A DNA stretch of 27,055 nucleotides from Okeania sp. (GTDB lineage: Bacteria > Cyanobacteriota > Cyanobacteriia > Cyanobacteriales > Microcoleaceae), in contig NZ_JAYKGW010000227.1 of NCBI RefSeq assembly GCF_035285525.1, positions 1 through 27,055 on the forward strand, read 5' to 3'. The notes beneath the pieces were generated by a model, which was not told the origin of the DNA, did not search any database, and saw only the letters and a list, made by a program, of their open reading frames with translations. Within the stretch, counting starts at the first letter, position 1. The number at the start of each line of letters is the position of its first letter. Positions 1 through 9,084 of this stretch are shown here, piece after piece. A program made the position numbers and the translations under genes.

Positions 1-342
1 CAAGCACTATATCTATGGTTATCGCTTATTTCCTGTTCTCAAAAACCAAGATTGCTCAACACTTACGGCAAGATACTATATATAGAGTTTCAAAACTATT
101 GCACAACAGTTTCAAGCACTATATCTAGATTTGATGCGTAATTCCTATTTATCCTAAAAACCGGGTTTGTTTGCATAAGTTCTAATCATATAACTTAGTT
201 TGGAGGAAGATAGTCACAGGTAACAAGATTTTTCAACTTAATTTAAACTCTATCACTATTTGCCAATTCTATTTGACTTTTTATGTAAACTTTGAGCTGT
301 TGATATATAATCAATATTAGTCAATAGAATAAATAATTTGTT

Positions 343-681
343 ATGGTTAAAATTCAAGCTCAAGGCAAAATTATAACCTGCGATGTTGGTGCAAATCTCC
401 GTCAAGTTTTACTGAAAAATAATGTAGATGTTTATAATGGTAATGCTACAGTTATTAACTGTCGTAGTCTCGGAACTTGTGGCACTTGTGCTGTAGAAAT
501 AGAAGGAAAAGTTTCTCAAGCTCAATGGCGAGAAAAAGCTAGACTTTCTTTGCCTCCTCATTCTCCTAATTCTCAGAAACGTTTATCCTGTCAAGTCAAA
601 GTTTTAGGAGATATAAAGATAACTAAATATAATGGTTTTTGGGGGCAAGGTTCTGACATTGTTTGGTCTCCTGAAAGTTGA
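343..681 (+). CDS. 2Fe-2S ferredoxin-like iron-sulfur protein
   Basis: 112-aa ORF with ATG start. Cys cluster CRSLGTCGTC (C-x5-C-x2-C) plus a distal Cys in RLSCQVKV matches the ligand pattern of plant-type 2Fe-2S domains. Confidence 0.75.
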   Translation: MVKIQAQGKIITCDVGANLRQVLLKNNVDVYNGNATVINCRSLGTCGTCAVEIEGKVSQAQWREKARLSLPPHSPNSQKRLSCQVKVLGDIKITKYNGFWGQGSDIVWSPES

Positions 682-900
682 TTTTAGTTGTGAGATATTA
701 GAACATTTTAGACAACAGGGAACACAAAAGAAGAAAAAAAAGTATTCCTTTGAATTAGATAAATGCTATATTAATTCTATTTGAGTCCTGTACAAAATTC
801 CCAAGCTTTTAAGGAACTAAGAACAAGTAGAAATTTCACTTTTTTATCTACTTTTTAATTTTTCACAACCTATTTAGGATTGCTATTTATCAATTATAAA

Positions 901-928
901 TTATCCATTATCCATTATCCATTATTCA
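901..928. repeat. STRR-type heptamer tandem repeat (TTATCCA x3 plus degenerate TTATTCA)
   Basis: Direct reading of ttatccattatccattatccattattca, ending 20 nt upstream of the ATG at 948. Confidence 0.85.
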
Positions 929-947
929 TCTTCCTTCTTACTTAAAT

Positions 948-2051
948 ATGAATCAATCAAACGAAATATTAATTATTGGTGGCGGTATTATCGGTCTATC
1001 AATAGCAATAGAACTGAAATTACGCGGAGCCAAAGTAACAGTAATTAGCCGAGACTTTCAGCAAACTGCCACCGATGCTGCTGCCGGAATGTTAGCTCCT
1101 CAAGCTGAAGCTATTCCCCCTGGAAAAATGTTAGAATTATGTTTAAAAAGTCGAACATTATATCCAGAATGGGTAAAAAAAATAGAATCAATTAGTGGTT
1201 TAGAAACTGGTTATTGGGATTGTGGAATTTTGGCTCCAGTTTATGCCGCAAAAGAGAGAAAAAATTATGCTTTGCCAAACCTAAATTATCGATGGTTAAA
1301 TCAAGTAGCAATTCATCAATATCAATCAGGATTAAGTCCGGAAGTAATTGGTGGCTGGTTTTACCCTGAAGATGGGCAAGTAGATAATCGTTATTTGTAT
1401 AAGTCGATTATGGCAGCAGCTAAAGAATTAAAAATTGATATTATCCAAGGTTTTGTTAAAGAAATAATTTGCCAAAAAGGGAAAATTAATAATCTTAAAA
1501 CATCAAAAGGTGAATTAGAAGCAGAACATTATATCTTAGCTACAGGTGCATGGTCTCAAGAATTATTACCAATTCCTATATTTCCCACCAAAGGGCAAAT
1601 GTTATCATTAAAAATTCCCTCAGATATAAGTATAGAAAATTTACCTTTACAGCACGTCTTGTTTGGAAAAGAAACTTATATTGTACCGCGCCAAGATGGT
1701 AGAATAATTATTGGTGCGACTTGTGAAAATGTCGGATTTATTGATGGAAATACCGCAGCAGGAATTAAACAGTTATTAGAAAATGCAATTAGATTATATC
1801 CAGTTTTAAGAGATTACGAAATCTTAGAATTTTGGTGGGGTTTTCGTCCTAATACTCCTGACGAAATGCCGATATTAGGAAAAAGTAATTATGATAATTT
1901 GACCTTAGCAACTGGGCATTATCGAAATGGAATTTTATTAGCACCTATAACAGCATTATTAATTGCTGATTTAATTGGGAATAATCAGTCCGACTCTTTG
2001 TTGGCAGCTTTTAATTATTCTAGGTTTATGGAAGTCGAAAGTAAAGTTTGA
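948..2051 (+). CDS. thiO: FAD-dependent glycine oxidase (ThiO-like, thiamine biosynthesis)
   Basis: 367-aa ORF. N-terminal dinucleotide-binding motif IIGGGIIGLSIA (DAO family) and C-terminal TGHYRNGILLAP motif, which I recognise from ThiO proteins. Confidence 0.7.
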   Translation: MNQSNEILIIGGGIIGLSIAIELKLRGAKVTVISRDFQQTATDAAAGMLAPQAEAIPPGKMLELCLKSRTLYPEWVKKIESISGLETGYWDCGILAPVYAAKERKNYALPNLNYRWLNQVAIHQYQSGLSPEVIGGWFYPEDGQVDNRYLYKSIMAAAKELKIDIIQGFVKEIICQKGKINNLKTSKGELEAEHYILATGAWSQELLPIPIFPTKGQMLSLKIPSDISIENLPLQHVLFGKETYIVPRQDGRIIIGATCENVGFIDGNTAAGIKQLLENAIRLYPVLRDYEILEFWWGFRPNTPDEMPILGKSNYDNLTLATGHYRNGILLAPITALLIADLIGNNQSDSLLAAFNYSRFMEVESKV

Positions 2052-2086
2052 TATGATAGGAATTATCAAGCCAAAATTATAGTGTT

Positions 2087-2310
2087 GTAAGCATTCAGCA
2101 TTCAGCAGTCAGCGTTCAGCTATTTATTTTGGTTTAAGAAAAAAGCTTTATGATACGGTTCCCGATCAATCAGAAATTTTATCTAACTACAAAATTCATT
2201 TTTCACTTTCTTTATTCGTTTAAATATCCTCCTTAAAGTTGAGTTTTTTATTGCTGAACTGCGCAGCTCCTCCCCAAGAAGCTAGCTGACAGCTAATAGC
2301 TAAATACTTA
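2087..2310. mobile_element. MITE-like element, GTAAGCATT...family, copy 1
   Basis: Left end is gtaagcattcagcattcagcagtcagc. Right end agctgacagctaatagctaaatactta is its imperfect inverted complement. Internal core ttcgtttaaatatcctccttaaa is shared with the other copies. No ORF. Confidence 0.6.
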
Positions 2311-2354
2311 TATAGTATTATTGTTATGTACAAAATTTTCATCAGTCTTATAGA

Positions 2355-2538
2355 GTAAGTATTTAGCCGTCAGCTATTAGCTGATCAGCTATTGCTTTTA
2401 ACGTAAGTTCAAAGCTGTATTAATTAAGCCAGATTAAATATGGGAACAAAAATTTTTAAAGTTTTAATTCATTTAAACTCTCTCCTTAAAAGCAGGATAT
2501 TATTGCTGTTTGCCTAGTATTCCGCAAGAAATGCTTAC
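2355..2538. mobile_element. MITE-like element, same family, copy 2
   Basis: Starts gtaagtatttagccgtcagc and ends attccgcaagaaatgcttac. Internal attcatttaaactctctccttaaa core. Confidence 0.6.
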
Positions 2539-2573
2539 CTTATAGACAGATATTTCAGCAACAAAGCCATTAA

Positions 2574-2601
2574 TAATTATTAATTATTAATTATTAATTA
2601 T
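2574..2601. repeat. STRR-type heptamer tandem repeat (TAATTAT x4)
   Basis: Direct reading. The same heptamer array recurs at 4600-4632. Confidence 0.85.
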
Positions 2602-3223
2602 TAAAAGCTATCCCTGAGCAGGAACTACTGAAACCCTTGTGGGACTCACCCCTAGCCCCTCCCAGGAGGGGAAGGGGGAGCAGGGGAGAAGGGAGAAAGA
2701 GTCATCGTAGCTAGGTAACACTACTCAAGTTATCAAAAAAATGTACTTTTTCATACACTTTTTCCCCAACAAAAGCCATTTAAAGGCTTACACATAACTT
2801 GTATATCATGTCTAATTATGTTAAAAAAGATGTTTATAAAGCATAGTATCTAAGGGGAGGCTTCAAGGCATGAATTATTGAATGAATAATTATTAACTAT
2901 CAACTATTAATTATTAATTGTTTGGTAATAGACCTTTCCAACAATAACAAATTAAATCAGTCATCGGATATAAATAAATATACTTAACTGAACCATATTT
3001 TTTGCAGTTTTCTAGTCTGAAAAGCCTATCTAATCCTTCCATATTATAGGATTTTTCGTCTTAAATGAACCGTATTGAGATATACAGGGGATTCTAGTTT
3101 GGTGAGGTACATCCACGGAAGCAGGAAGCACGGTTCCCGAAAAATCGCACTGGTAAGATTTACTAATTAATATTTGTACTTAATTATGCCTGGAATATGC
3201 TGTAAATTATCTATTATTTCTGC

Positions 3224-3244
3224 CTATTCCCTATTCCCTATTCC
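3224..3244. repeat. STRR-type heptamer tandem repeat (CTATTCC x3)
   Basis: Direct reading. The array ends 8 nt before the ATG at 3253. Confidence 0.85.
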
Positions 3245-3252
3245 CTAATTAA

Positions 3253-4602
3253 ATGAAAAATATTAAATTTTACAATCCTACTCTAGAAAAACTCAAGCCA
3301 AAAGTTCATAACTGGTTAAAATTTATGATAATTAGACTCAAACAAAAATTCAAAATAACCATTTTAATTTTAGCAACTTTCCTAAGTATTCTATGTATAT
3401 CAATTTTACCTGCACAAACTCAGGAAAAACCTGTAAATATCCAAGTATTAATTCAAGCTCTAGAAGGTACTCAGTGGGAAAAAATTCAAGCAGACTTTAA
3501 CAAAACTCACCCCAATATTAATTTAGAAATTGTTAAAGGTCCTAACAATACTAACCTAGTAGAAGACCTTTATACATCCTCTTTTTTGCTAGGAGATTCT
3601 CCTTACGATCTAGCTTATATGGATATTGTTTGGGTACAAAAATTTGCTGCTGCTGAGTGGTTAAAAGACCTTTCTGAAAAAGTCGATATACAACAATTAA
3701 AAGAACAATATTTACCACGAGATGTTGAAGGAGGAACTTATCAAGGCAAACTCTATCGAATGCCATTGCGCTCTGATGGAGGAATGCTTTATTATCGCAC
3801 AGATTTACTAAAAAAAGCAGGATTTCAATCTCCTAATACTTTTGCCGAACTAATAAAAATATCAAAAAAATTACAACAGCAAAAATTAACAGAATGGGGT
3901 TATGTTTGGCAAGGTAAACAATATGAAGGTTTATCGGCAATGTTTATAGAAATACTCAAAGGTTATGGTGGTTTTTGGGTAAACCCAGAAACAAATCAAG
4001 TAGGTTTAGATCGACCAGAAGCTATCGAGGCAGTCAATTTTTTACGCACAACTATTGATGAAGGAATTTCTCCTCCTGGAGTAACTACTTATGGAGAAGA
4101 AGAAACCCGTCTTTTATTTCAAAGTGGCAATACAGTTTTTCTGCGTAATTGGCCTTATGTATATCCATTAGCATCAACATCAAAAATAGCTGGAAATTTT
4201 AATATTAAACCAATGGTTCATGCTCCAGGAAAAAATAGTGGAGCTTGTTTAGGAGGATGGGGTTTCGGAATAGTTAAAACTACAAAACATCCAGAGGAAG
4301 CATGGGAAGTTATTCAATACTTCAATCAACCAGAAATACAGCGGAAGTTGATTTTAGCAACAGGATTTATTCCAGCTAGAAAGTCTCTTTTTAATGACCC
4401 TATTTTGGTAGAAAAATTTCCTTATTTACCAGATTTATTCTCAGTAGTTAATAATTCTGTCTTACGTCCACCTATTCCTCAATATGCTCAAGCATCAGAT
4501 ATTTTACAACGTTATTTAAGTACTGCCTTAACAGGTTCCGGTACACCAGAGTCAGCAATGAAAACTGCAGCTAAAGAAACTCGTGTTTTGTTAGGAGAAT
4601 AA
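3253..4602 (+). CDS. ABC transporter extracellular solute-binding protein (family 1, carbohydrate type)
   Basis: 449-aa ORF with a hydrophobic signal/anchor (ITILILATFLSILCISILPAQ). Its size and motifs (YRTDLL, WGYVWQGKQYEGL, LRNWPY) are typical of sugar-binding proteins, and it is followed by two MalF/MalG-type permeases. An alternative ATG at 3325 (MIIRLKQKF) would give a more conventional signal peptide. Confidence 0.85.
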   Translation: MKNIKFYNPTLEKLKPKVHNWLKFMIIRLKQKFKITILILATFLSILCISILPAQTQEKPVNIQVLIQALEGTQWEKIQADFNKTHPNINLEIVKGPNNTNLVEDLYTSSFLLGDSPYDLAYMDIVWVQKFAAAEWLKDLSEKVDIQQLKEQYLPRDVEGGTYQGKLYRMPLRSDGGMLYYRTDLLKKAGFQSPNTFAELIKISKKLQQQKLTEWGYVWQGKQYEGLSAMFIEILKGYGGFWVNPETNQVGLDRPEAIEAVNFLRTTIDEGISPPGVTTYGEEETRLLFQSGNTVFLRNWPYVYPLASTSKIAGNFNIKPMVHAPGKNSGACLGGWGFGIVKTTKHPEEAWEVIQYFNQPEIQRKLILATGFIPARKSLFNDPILVEKFPYLPDLFSVVNNSVLRPPIPQYAQASDILQRYLSTALTGSGTPESAMKTAAKETRVLLGE

Positions 4603-4632
4603 TTATTAATTATTAATTATTAATTATTAATT
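4600..4632. repeat. STRR-type heptamer tandem repeat (TAATTAT x4.7)
   Basis: The array begins with the TAA stop codon of the binding-protein gene. Confidence 0.85.
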
Positions 4633-4722
4633 CCCTCTTCTTGTAAAGTCTAGTAGTGAACTGACACAGCTAAAACGGTGCAATAGTAGGGGCAGGTTTT
4701 AGCTATAATTTTAATGCTTACT

Positions 4723-5248
4723 CTAAGATTTACATAAACCTGCCCCTAGAACGTTATTTGAGTAGGTATCGCGGTGATTTGATGGAAAAGGCAGTCCTGC
4801 ATATAATTCAATATCTTTCTCTATAATAGGTAAGATTGAAATATTCATATATTGCAATTCTTTAGATAAATCTTCAATAGGTTGATTAATTTCCAACTTG
4901 CCTCTATTAATTTTAATAGCAATTTCCCAAAGACTAACCATACTAAAATATAAGTCTTCTTTGCTGTCAATAATATTTTTACTTGTAATTATTTAGCATT
5001 TAGCATTCAGCATTCAGCTATCAGAAGAGTGCTTTTAGTTAGTGATAAAAGCAATATTTAATAGAGAAACGAAAAATCTTGCTAAAAAATTCATATCCCC
5101 AGTCTATATTCATTTAAACTTTGTCCTTAAACATAAGCTCTTATGGCTCATATCTGATGGCTAATAACTGAATGCTTACCTTGAATTTAATTGTATTATT
5201 GCCTAGTAAATACCAAATAAAAACATGAATATCCAAAAGATATTTCAT
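4723..5248 (-). pseudogene. vapC: PIN-domain VapC toxin gene, disrupted by a MITE and truncated at its 3' end
   Basis: The N-terminal part MKYLLDIHVFIWYLLGNNTI (5189-5248) runs into the MITE terminus. The gene resumes at 4984 as SKNIIDSKEDLYFSMVSLWEIAIKINRGKLE...HRD. After HRD the reading frame enters a 13-bp inverted repeat (4687-4699 / 4736-4748) that carries an aatgcttac MITE terminus, so the last conserved acidic region is missing. Confidence 0.75.
4985..5179. mobile_element. MITE-like element, same family, copy 3 (inserted in vapC)
   Basis: Starts gtaattatttagcatttagcattcagcattcagc and ends ctgaatgcttac. Internal attcatttaaactttgtccttaaa core. It separates the two halves of one PIN reading frame. 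Confidence 0.7.
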
Positions 5249-5267
5249 ATTATATATAGTCAAATCT

Positions 5268-5468
5268 TCATAATGGTTCATCAAAATCATCTGACATAAT
5301 AATTTTATCTGCCCAACTACCATAACGCCCAACAGTTTCTATCTTTTCCTGATATTGTTGATTATGAGGATATTTTTCTTGTAAATATTCTACATAATGT
5401 AATAGTTCGGTCTTCAAAGATTCAGGTAGATTAATCACAACTTTCCACAAAGCTAGCTCAATATTCAT
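5268..5468 (-). CDS. DUF2281-like antitoxin (partner of the decayed VapC)
   Basis: ATG at 5468 (the track start at 5486 is a TTG). LPESLKTELLHYVEYLQEKY and the C-terminal GSWADKIIMSDDFDEPL are typical of DUF2281-type antitoxins. The stop lies 19 nt upstream of the vapC ATG. Confidence 0.65.
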   Translation of the reverse strand: MNIELALWKVVINLPESLKTELLHYVEYLQEKYPHNQQYQEKIETVGRYGSWADKIIMSDDFDEPL

Positions 5469-5755
5469 AATTTTTATTAGAGACAATTTATTTCAAAATA
5501 ATATCATCTGTAAAAAAACTGTAGGGGTTTGGTTTCCAAATCCCTTTGCGCTTGGGTTTGGAGGCCAAACCACTACTATAAAATCTGACAATCTATATTA
5601 GGATTGCTATACTTAACAAAAATCTATGACAAGAATTACCTAAACAAACCAAGAAACCGGGTTTATTGCCCTGATATTGTTGTTAAAACCACTAAATTTC
5701 GTTCATCAACCCGGTTTCTGTCTAGGTCCAGTATGAAAATTCCCAAAATGCTTCT

Positions 5756-6649
5756 ATGTATAATTCCCTTGAAAAAAGAGAAAAATTAACAGGATGGCTA
5801 TTAATTACACCAGCCATTATCATATTATTATTTGTATTTGCTTATCCAATTACTCGCGCTTTTTGGTTAAGTCTATTTACCCAAAATCTTGGTACAGAAT
5901 TAAAGCCTATTTTTTCTGGTTTAACCAACTACAACCGCATCTTAGCTGATGGTCGTTTTTGGCAAACTTTATCGAACACAACAATATTTACAACCTGCTC
6001 TATTTTCCTAGAATTAATATTAGGAATGAGCATTGCTTTAATCTTAGATAAATCATTCCGAGGTAGAGGTTTGGTTCGTACTATTAATCTGATTCCTTGG
6101 TCATTACCAACCGCAGTTATGGGGTTAGCTTGGGCATGGATTTTTAACGACCAATTTGGCATAGTTAATGACTTACTTTTACGGTTGGGATTAATAGCAG
6201 AAAAAATTACTTGGTTAGGAGATCCCTTCCGAGCAATGTGGGCAATGATTATTGCTGATGTTTGGAAAACAACCCCATTTATTGCTATTATTTTATTGGC
6301 AGGATTACAATCTATTTCTTCTGATTTATATGAAGCTCATGCTATTGATGGAGCTAACCCAATCCAAAGTTTTAAACAAATTACTATCCCCCTATTAATG
6401 CCACAAATAGTAATTGCTTTATTATTCAGATTTGCTCAAGCATTTGGCATTTTTGACTTAGTACAAGTAATGACCGGAGGGGGACCTGCTGGAGCAACAG
6501 AAACAATTTCTATCTATATTTATGCTACTATTAGACGTTATTTAGATTTCGGTTATGGAGCTTCTTTAGTTGTCGTAACATTTCTATTATTAATTCTGGT
6601 GGTAGCGATCGCTAGCATTACTACCCAGAAATTAAAAGTTAAAAATTAA
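5756..6649 (+). CDS. carbohydrate ABC transporter permease (MalF/UgpA-like)
   Basis: 297-aa ORF with about six hydrophobic segments. EAA-type loop YEAHAIDGANPIQSFKQITIPLL. Confidence 0.9.
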   Translation: MYNSLEKREKLTGWLLITPAIIILLFVFAYPITRAFWLSLFTQNLGTELKPIFSGLTNYNRILADGRFWQTLSNTTIFTTCSIFLELILGMSIALILDKSFRGRGLVRTINLIPWSLPTAVMGLAWAWIFNDQFGIVNDLLLRLGLIAEKITWLGDPFRAMWAMIIADVWKTTPFIAIILLAGLQSISSDLYEAHAIDGANPIQSFKQITIPLLMPQIVIALLFRFAQAFGIFDLVQVMTGGGPAGATETISIYIYATIRRYLDFGYGASLVVVTFLLLILVVAIASITTQKLKVKN

Positions 6650-6892
6650 AAGGCAAAAGTATCGGTAAAATTCAAGAACCTAGGGGTTTGGTCTCCAATT
6701 TTTCGGGAACCGTACCCTATACAAACTAAGAACTTTCCCCAATACTGATGGTACACCCTTATTCTCCAAAGCCAGTTGAATAGTTATAAATAACGAGGGA
6801 GGAGTCAGGAGTTAACCCACCCCTAACCCCTCCCAGGAGGGGAAAAAGAAGAAACAAGTTTTTTTATCATTGATTATCCGGACATGATATTA

Positions 6893-6913
6893 CTGATAAC
6901 TGATAACTGATAA
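6893..6913. repeat. STRR-type heptamer tandem repeat (CTGATAA x3)
   Basis: Direct reading. The array ends 9 nt before the ATG at 6923. The same repeat occurs in the gene-proximal orientation at 26112-26128, upstream of the minus-strand gene that ends at 25993. Confidence 0.85.
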
Positions 6914-6922
6914 CTGAAGAAA

Positions 6923-7777
6923 ATGTCTATCTCAAAAAATCAATCATCAATCAAAATAGGCAGAATAATTCTGTGGATAGGTGTAGTTTTAACTGTCATA
7001 TTTTGCCTAGCTCCTGTTTTATGGCAATTACTAACTTCCTTCAAAACTAATGAGGCAATATCAGCAGTTCCTAATGTCTACTTTCCTTCCCTCAACCAAC
7101 TAACTTTTGACCACTATCTCAGTCTCGGTTCGGATTTTCTGCGCTATATTTTTAATAGTGCTTTTGTTTCGATTATTTCCACAATAATTTGTTTAGGAAT
7201 AGGAGCGCCTGCTGCTTATACTTTAGCCCGATTAAAAATACCAGGAGAAAATATTATTATTGCCTCTGTTTTAATAGTCAGTCTGTTTCCTTATGTCTTG
7301 TTATTTTTAGGACTATTAGAAATTATTAGAACTCTTGGTTTAGGTAATAATTATATATCCCTAATTATTCCTTACACAGGCATTAATTTACCTCTAACAA
7401 TTCTAGTTTTAAGAAGCTTTTTTCAACAGTTACCAAAAGACATAGAAGACTCTGCCAAAATAGATGGTTATAACACAATTTCTATGTTGTGGAATATTGT
7501 TTTACCTCTAACAATTCCCGCATTAGTAACTACAGGAATTTTAACCTTTATTTTTGCTTGGAATGAATTTATTTTTGCCCTGACTTTCATTACTCGTTCA
7601 GAAATGTATACTATTCCCGTTGCAGTCGCTCAAATAGGTGGTACTTCTATATTTGAAATTCCTTATGGACCTATTGCTGCAGCCACAGTAACAGGTACAT
7701 TTCCTTTAGTAATTTTAGTATTAATCGCTCAACGGCGAATTGTTCAAGGTATTACAGCAGGTGCTGTTAAAGGTTAA
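6923..7777 (+). CDS. carbohydrate ABC transporter permease (MalG/UgpE-like)
   Basis: 284-aa ORF with multiple TM segments. EAA-type loop EDSAKIDGYNTISMLWNIVLPL. Confidence 0.9.
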   Translation: MSISKNQSSIKIGRIILWIGVVLTVIFCLAPVLWQLLTSFKTNEAISAVPNVYFPSLNQLTFDHYLSLGSDFLRYIFNSAFVSIISTIICLGIGAPAAYTLARLKIPGENIIIASVLIVSLFPYVLLFLGLLEIIRTLGLGNNYISLIIPYTGINLPLTILVLRSFFQQLPKDIEDSAKIDGYNTISMLWNIVLPLTIPALVTTGILTFIFAWNEFIFALTFITRSEMYTIPVAVAQIGGTSIFEIPYGPIAAATVTGTFPLVILVLIAQRRIVQGITAGAVKG

Positions 7778-7784
7778 CCTAGCC

Positions 7785-7816
7785 GTAGGTTGGGTTGAGG
7801 CAACGAAACCCAACAT
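7785..7816. repeat. Dispersed hairpin repeat GTAGGTTGGGTTG...AAACCCAACAT (possible terminator of the permease gene)
   Basis: Stem gttgggtt / aacccaac begins 8 nt after the stop codon. The same opening motif starts the 172-bp units at 10870 and 11042, and a degenerate copy lies at 8607-8626. Confidence 0.45.
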
Positions 7817-7970
7817 AGACTTACGCCAAGAAACCAGATTTCTCGTAGAAACCCGGTTTCTGGGTTCGCCTGCATAGAAATCATCTATTCTTTCCCCCTA
7901 CTCCCTACTCCCTCTTTTCTGTATATACAATGTTAAAATCAGAATATCAAATCATTATGGATATGAAAGT

Positions 7971-8207
7971 ATGAAACATCTAGACTTAGATGAAACCAAT
8001 ATTGACTTAACAGTAATTATTAACGAAATTGCTGCTAATCAGTCTGAAATTGTCATTACCCGCCAAGGTTTGCCAGTTGCTCGTATTATTCCTTATACTA
8101 TTTCTGACGCACCGACAAAAAATTATCCATTACGGGGAATGCCAATCAAAATTGCTGCTGATTTTGATGAACCGATGCCTGAACTTTGGGATGCTTTAGG
8201 AAAATGA
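7971..8207 (+). CDS. Phd/YefM-type antitoxin
   Basis: 78-aa ORF with a C-terminal ADFDEPMPELWDAL tail typical of cyanobacterial prevent-host-death antitoxins. It has a 4-nt ATGA overlap with the downstream PIN gene. Confidence 0.75.
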   Translation: MKHLDLDETNIDLTVIINEIAANQSEIVITRQGLPVARIIPYTISDAPTKNYPLRGMPIKIAADFDEPMPELWDALGK

Positions 8208-8599
8208 TTTTACTTGATACTCATGTTTGGTTATGGCTACTTCATAACCCCAGTCAATTATCGGAATCCGCCAAAATCGCAATTGATAGGGAAGAACCCC
8301 ATAATGGTTTGCTAGTATCGCCAATTTCGGTTTGGGAAATTGCGGTTAAATCAAGTATTGGTAAATTGATACTACCTTTACCCATTGATGAATGGTACAA
8401 TTTTGCTTCAACTCATTCTGGTATTGTAATTGAACCCCTGTCTCCACTGGATGCTATTGCCAGTACATCCTTACCTGAGACTTTCCATAAAGATCCAGCA
8501 GATAGAATTTTAGTAGCGATCGCCAGACGATACGGAATTGTTTTAGTAACTTGTGATGTCAAGATTTTGAACTATCCTCATGTCCAAACACTTTGGTAG
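8204..8599 (+). CDS. vapC: PIN-domain VapC toxin
   Basis: ATG at 8204 (the track start at 8186 is a TTG). Conserved acidic positions occur in LLDTHVW, VWEIAVK, HKDPADRILVA and VTCDVKI. Confidence 0.85.
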   Translation: MILLDTHVWLWLLHNPSQLSESAKIAIDREEPHNGLLVSPISVWEIAVKSSIGKLILPLPIDEWYNFASTHSGIVIEPLSPLDAIASTSLPETFHKDPADRILVAIARRYGIVLVTCDVKILNYPHVQTLW

Positions 8600-8624
8600 T
8601 GTAATAGCTGTAGGTTTGGTTGTT

Positions 8625-8818
8625 ATTGTTAAAGGAGGTAATCAATACCATGTTATCCTTCGCACAAAACCTCATTGAGGTAGGCAATGATTACGAATTT
8701 ATTGAGTTATGGGTAGAGCCAGCGGGAAATTTCTGAACGTGGTATTTGCATCCATTATGATGTTGAGGAATTTGAGGAGGAGTTGAAAAACTTCTCTATT
8801 TTTCTAAATATCCATTAA
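8625..8818 (+). pseudogene. Remnant of a second copy of the 10151-10730 toxin/immunity-like cassette
   Basis: 8625-8721 aligns by eye with 10448-10544 (end of the toxin-like ORF, the AAGGAGG site and the start of the immunity-like ORF). The remnant reads MLSFAQNLIEVGNDYEFIELWVEPAGNF then stops. A downstream piece, HYDVEEFEEELKN, resembles 9214-9250. Confidence 0.5.
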
Positions 8819-8844
8819 AATTAAGTAAATTTAGGATTATAATA

Positions 8845-9084
8845 ATGAGCAATACAATAGTTAGCGATAGAGGACAAATAACAATCCCTGAAGAAATTAG
8901 GAACTACCTTAAACTGAATGCAGGGAGTAAAATAGAATTCGTCATTGATGAACAGGGAGAAGTTAAAATAATTCCTCTAAAATTCTCTGTGGAAGACTTG
9001 TCCGGTATCCTACATCATCTGGGAATTGAACAAGCAACCATTAAGGATATGGAAAATGCAATCCAGGAGGCAGCTAATGATTGA
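8845..9084 (+). CDS. AbrB/MazE/SpoVT-family antitoxin
   Basis: 79-aa ORF with SDRGQITIPEEIRNYLKLNAGSKIEFVIDEQGEVKIIPL, a swapped-hairpin AbrB-type DNA-binding motif. It overlaps the following decayed PIN start. Confidence 0.8.
   Translation: MSNTIVSDRGQITIPEEIRNYLKLNAGSKIEFVIDEQGEVKIIPLKFSVEDLSGILHHLGIEQATIKDMENAIQEAAND

Noticed and set aside
1-127. 15-nt direct repeat caagcactatatcta at 1-15 and 113-127.
   Set aside because: It is short, lies at the window edge and sits in AT-rich intergenic DNA. I cannot distinguish it from chance or from part of a larger element that is cut off.
3060-3160. Riboswitch (cobalamin- or TPP-like) in the long leader upstream of the binding-protein gene.
   Set aside because: The suggestive ggtgagg...ggttcccgaaaaatcgcactgg stretch coincides with a dispersed repeat (CGATTTTTCGGGAACCGTGC) found at four other sites. 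I could not find the conserved B12 box or TPP core.
3551-3766. Internal antisense ORFs here and at 5929-6162, 19396-19632, 22689-22886, 23020-23205 and 23862-24047.
   Set aside because: Each lies wholly inside a longer ORF that has recognisable family motifs.
5141-5332. 63-aa ORF treated as an independent gene.
   Set aside because: It is a chimera: an upstream out-of-context Met, the genuine vapC N-terminus (MKYLLDIHVFIWYLLGNN) and a read-through into the MITE terminus.
5604-5789. 61-aa plus-strand ORF upstream of permease 1.
   Set aside because: It covers an inverted repeat (agaaaccgggtt ... aacccggtttct), overlaps the permease start and has no coding features.
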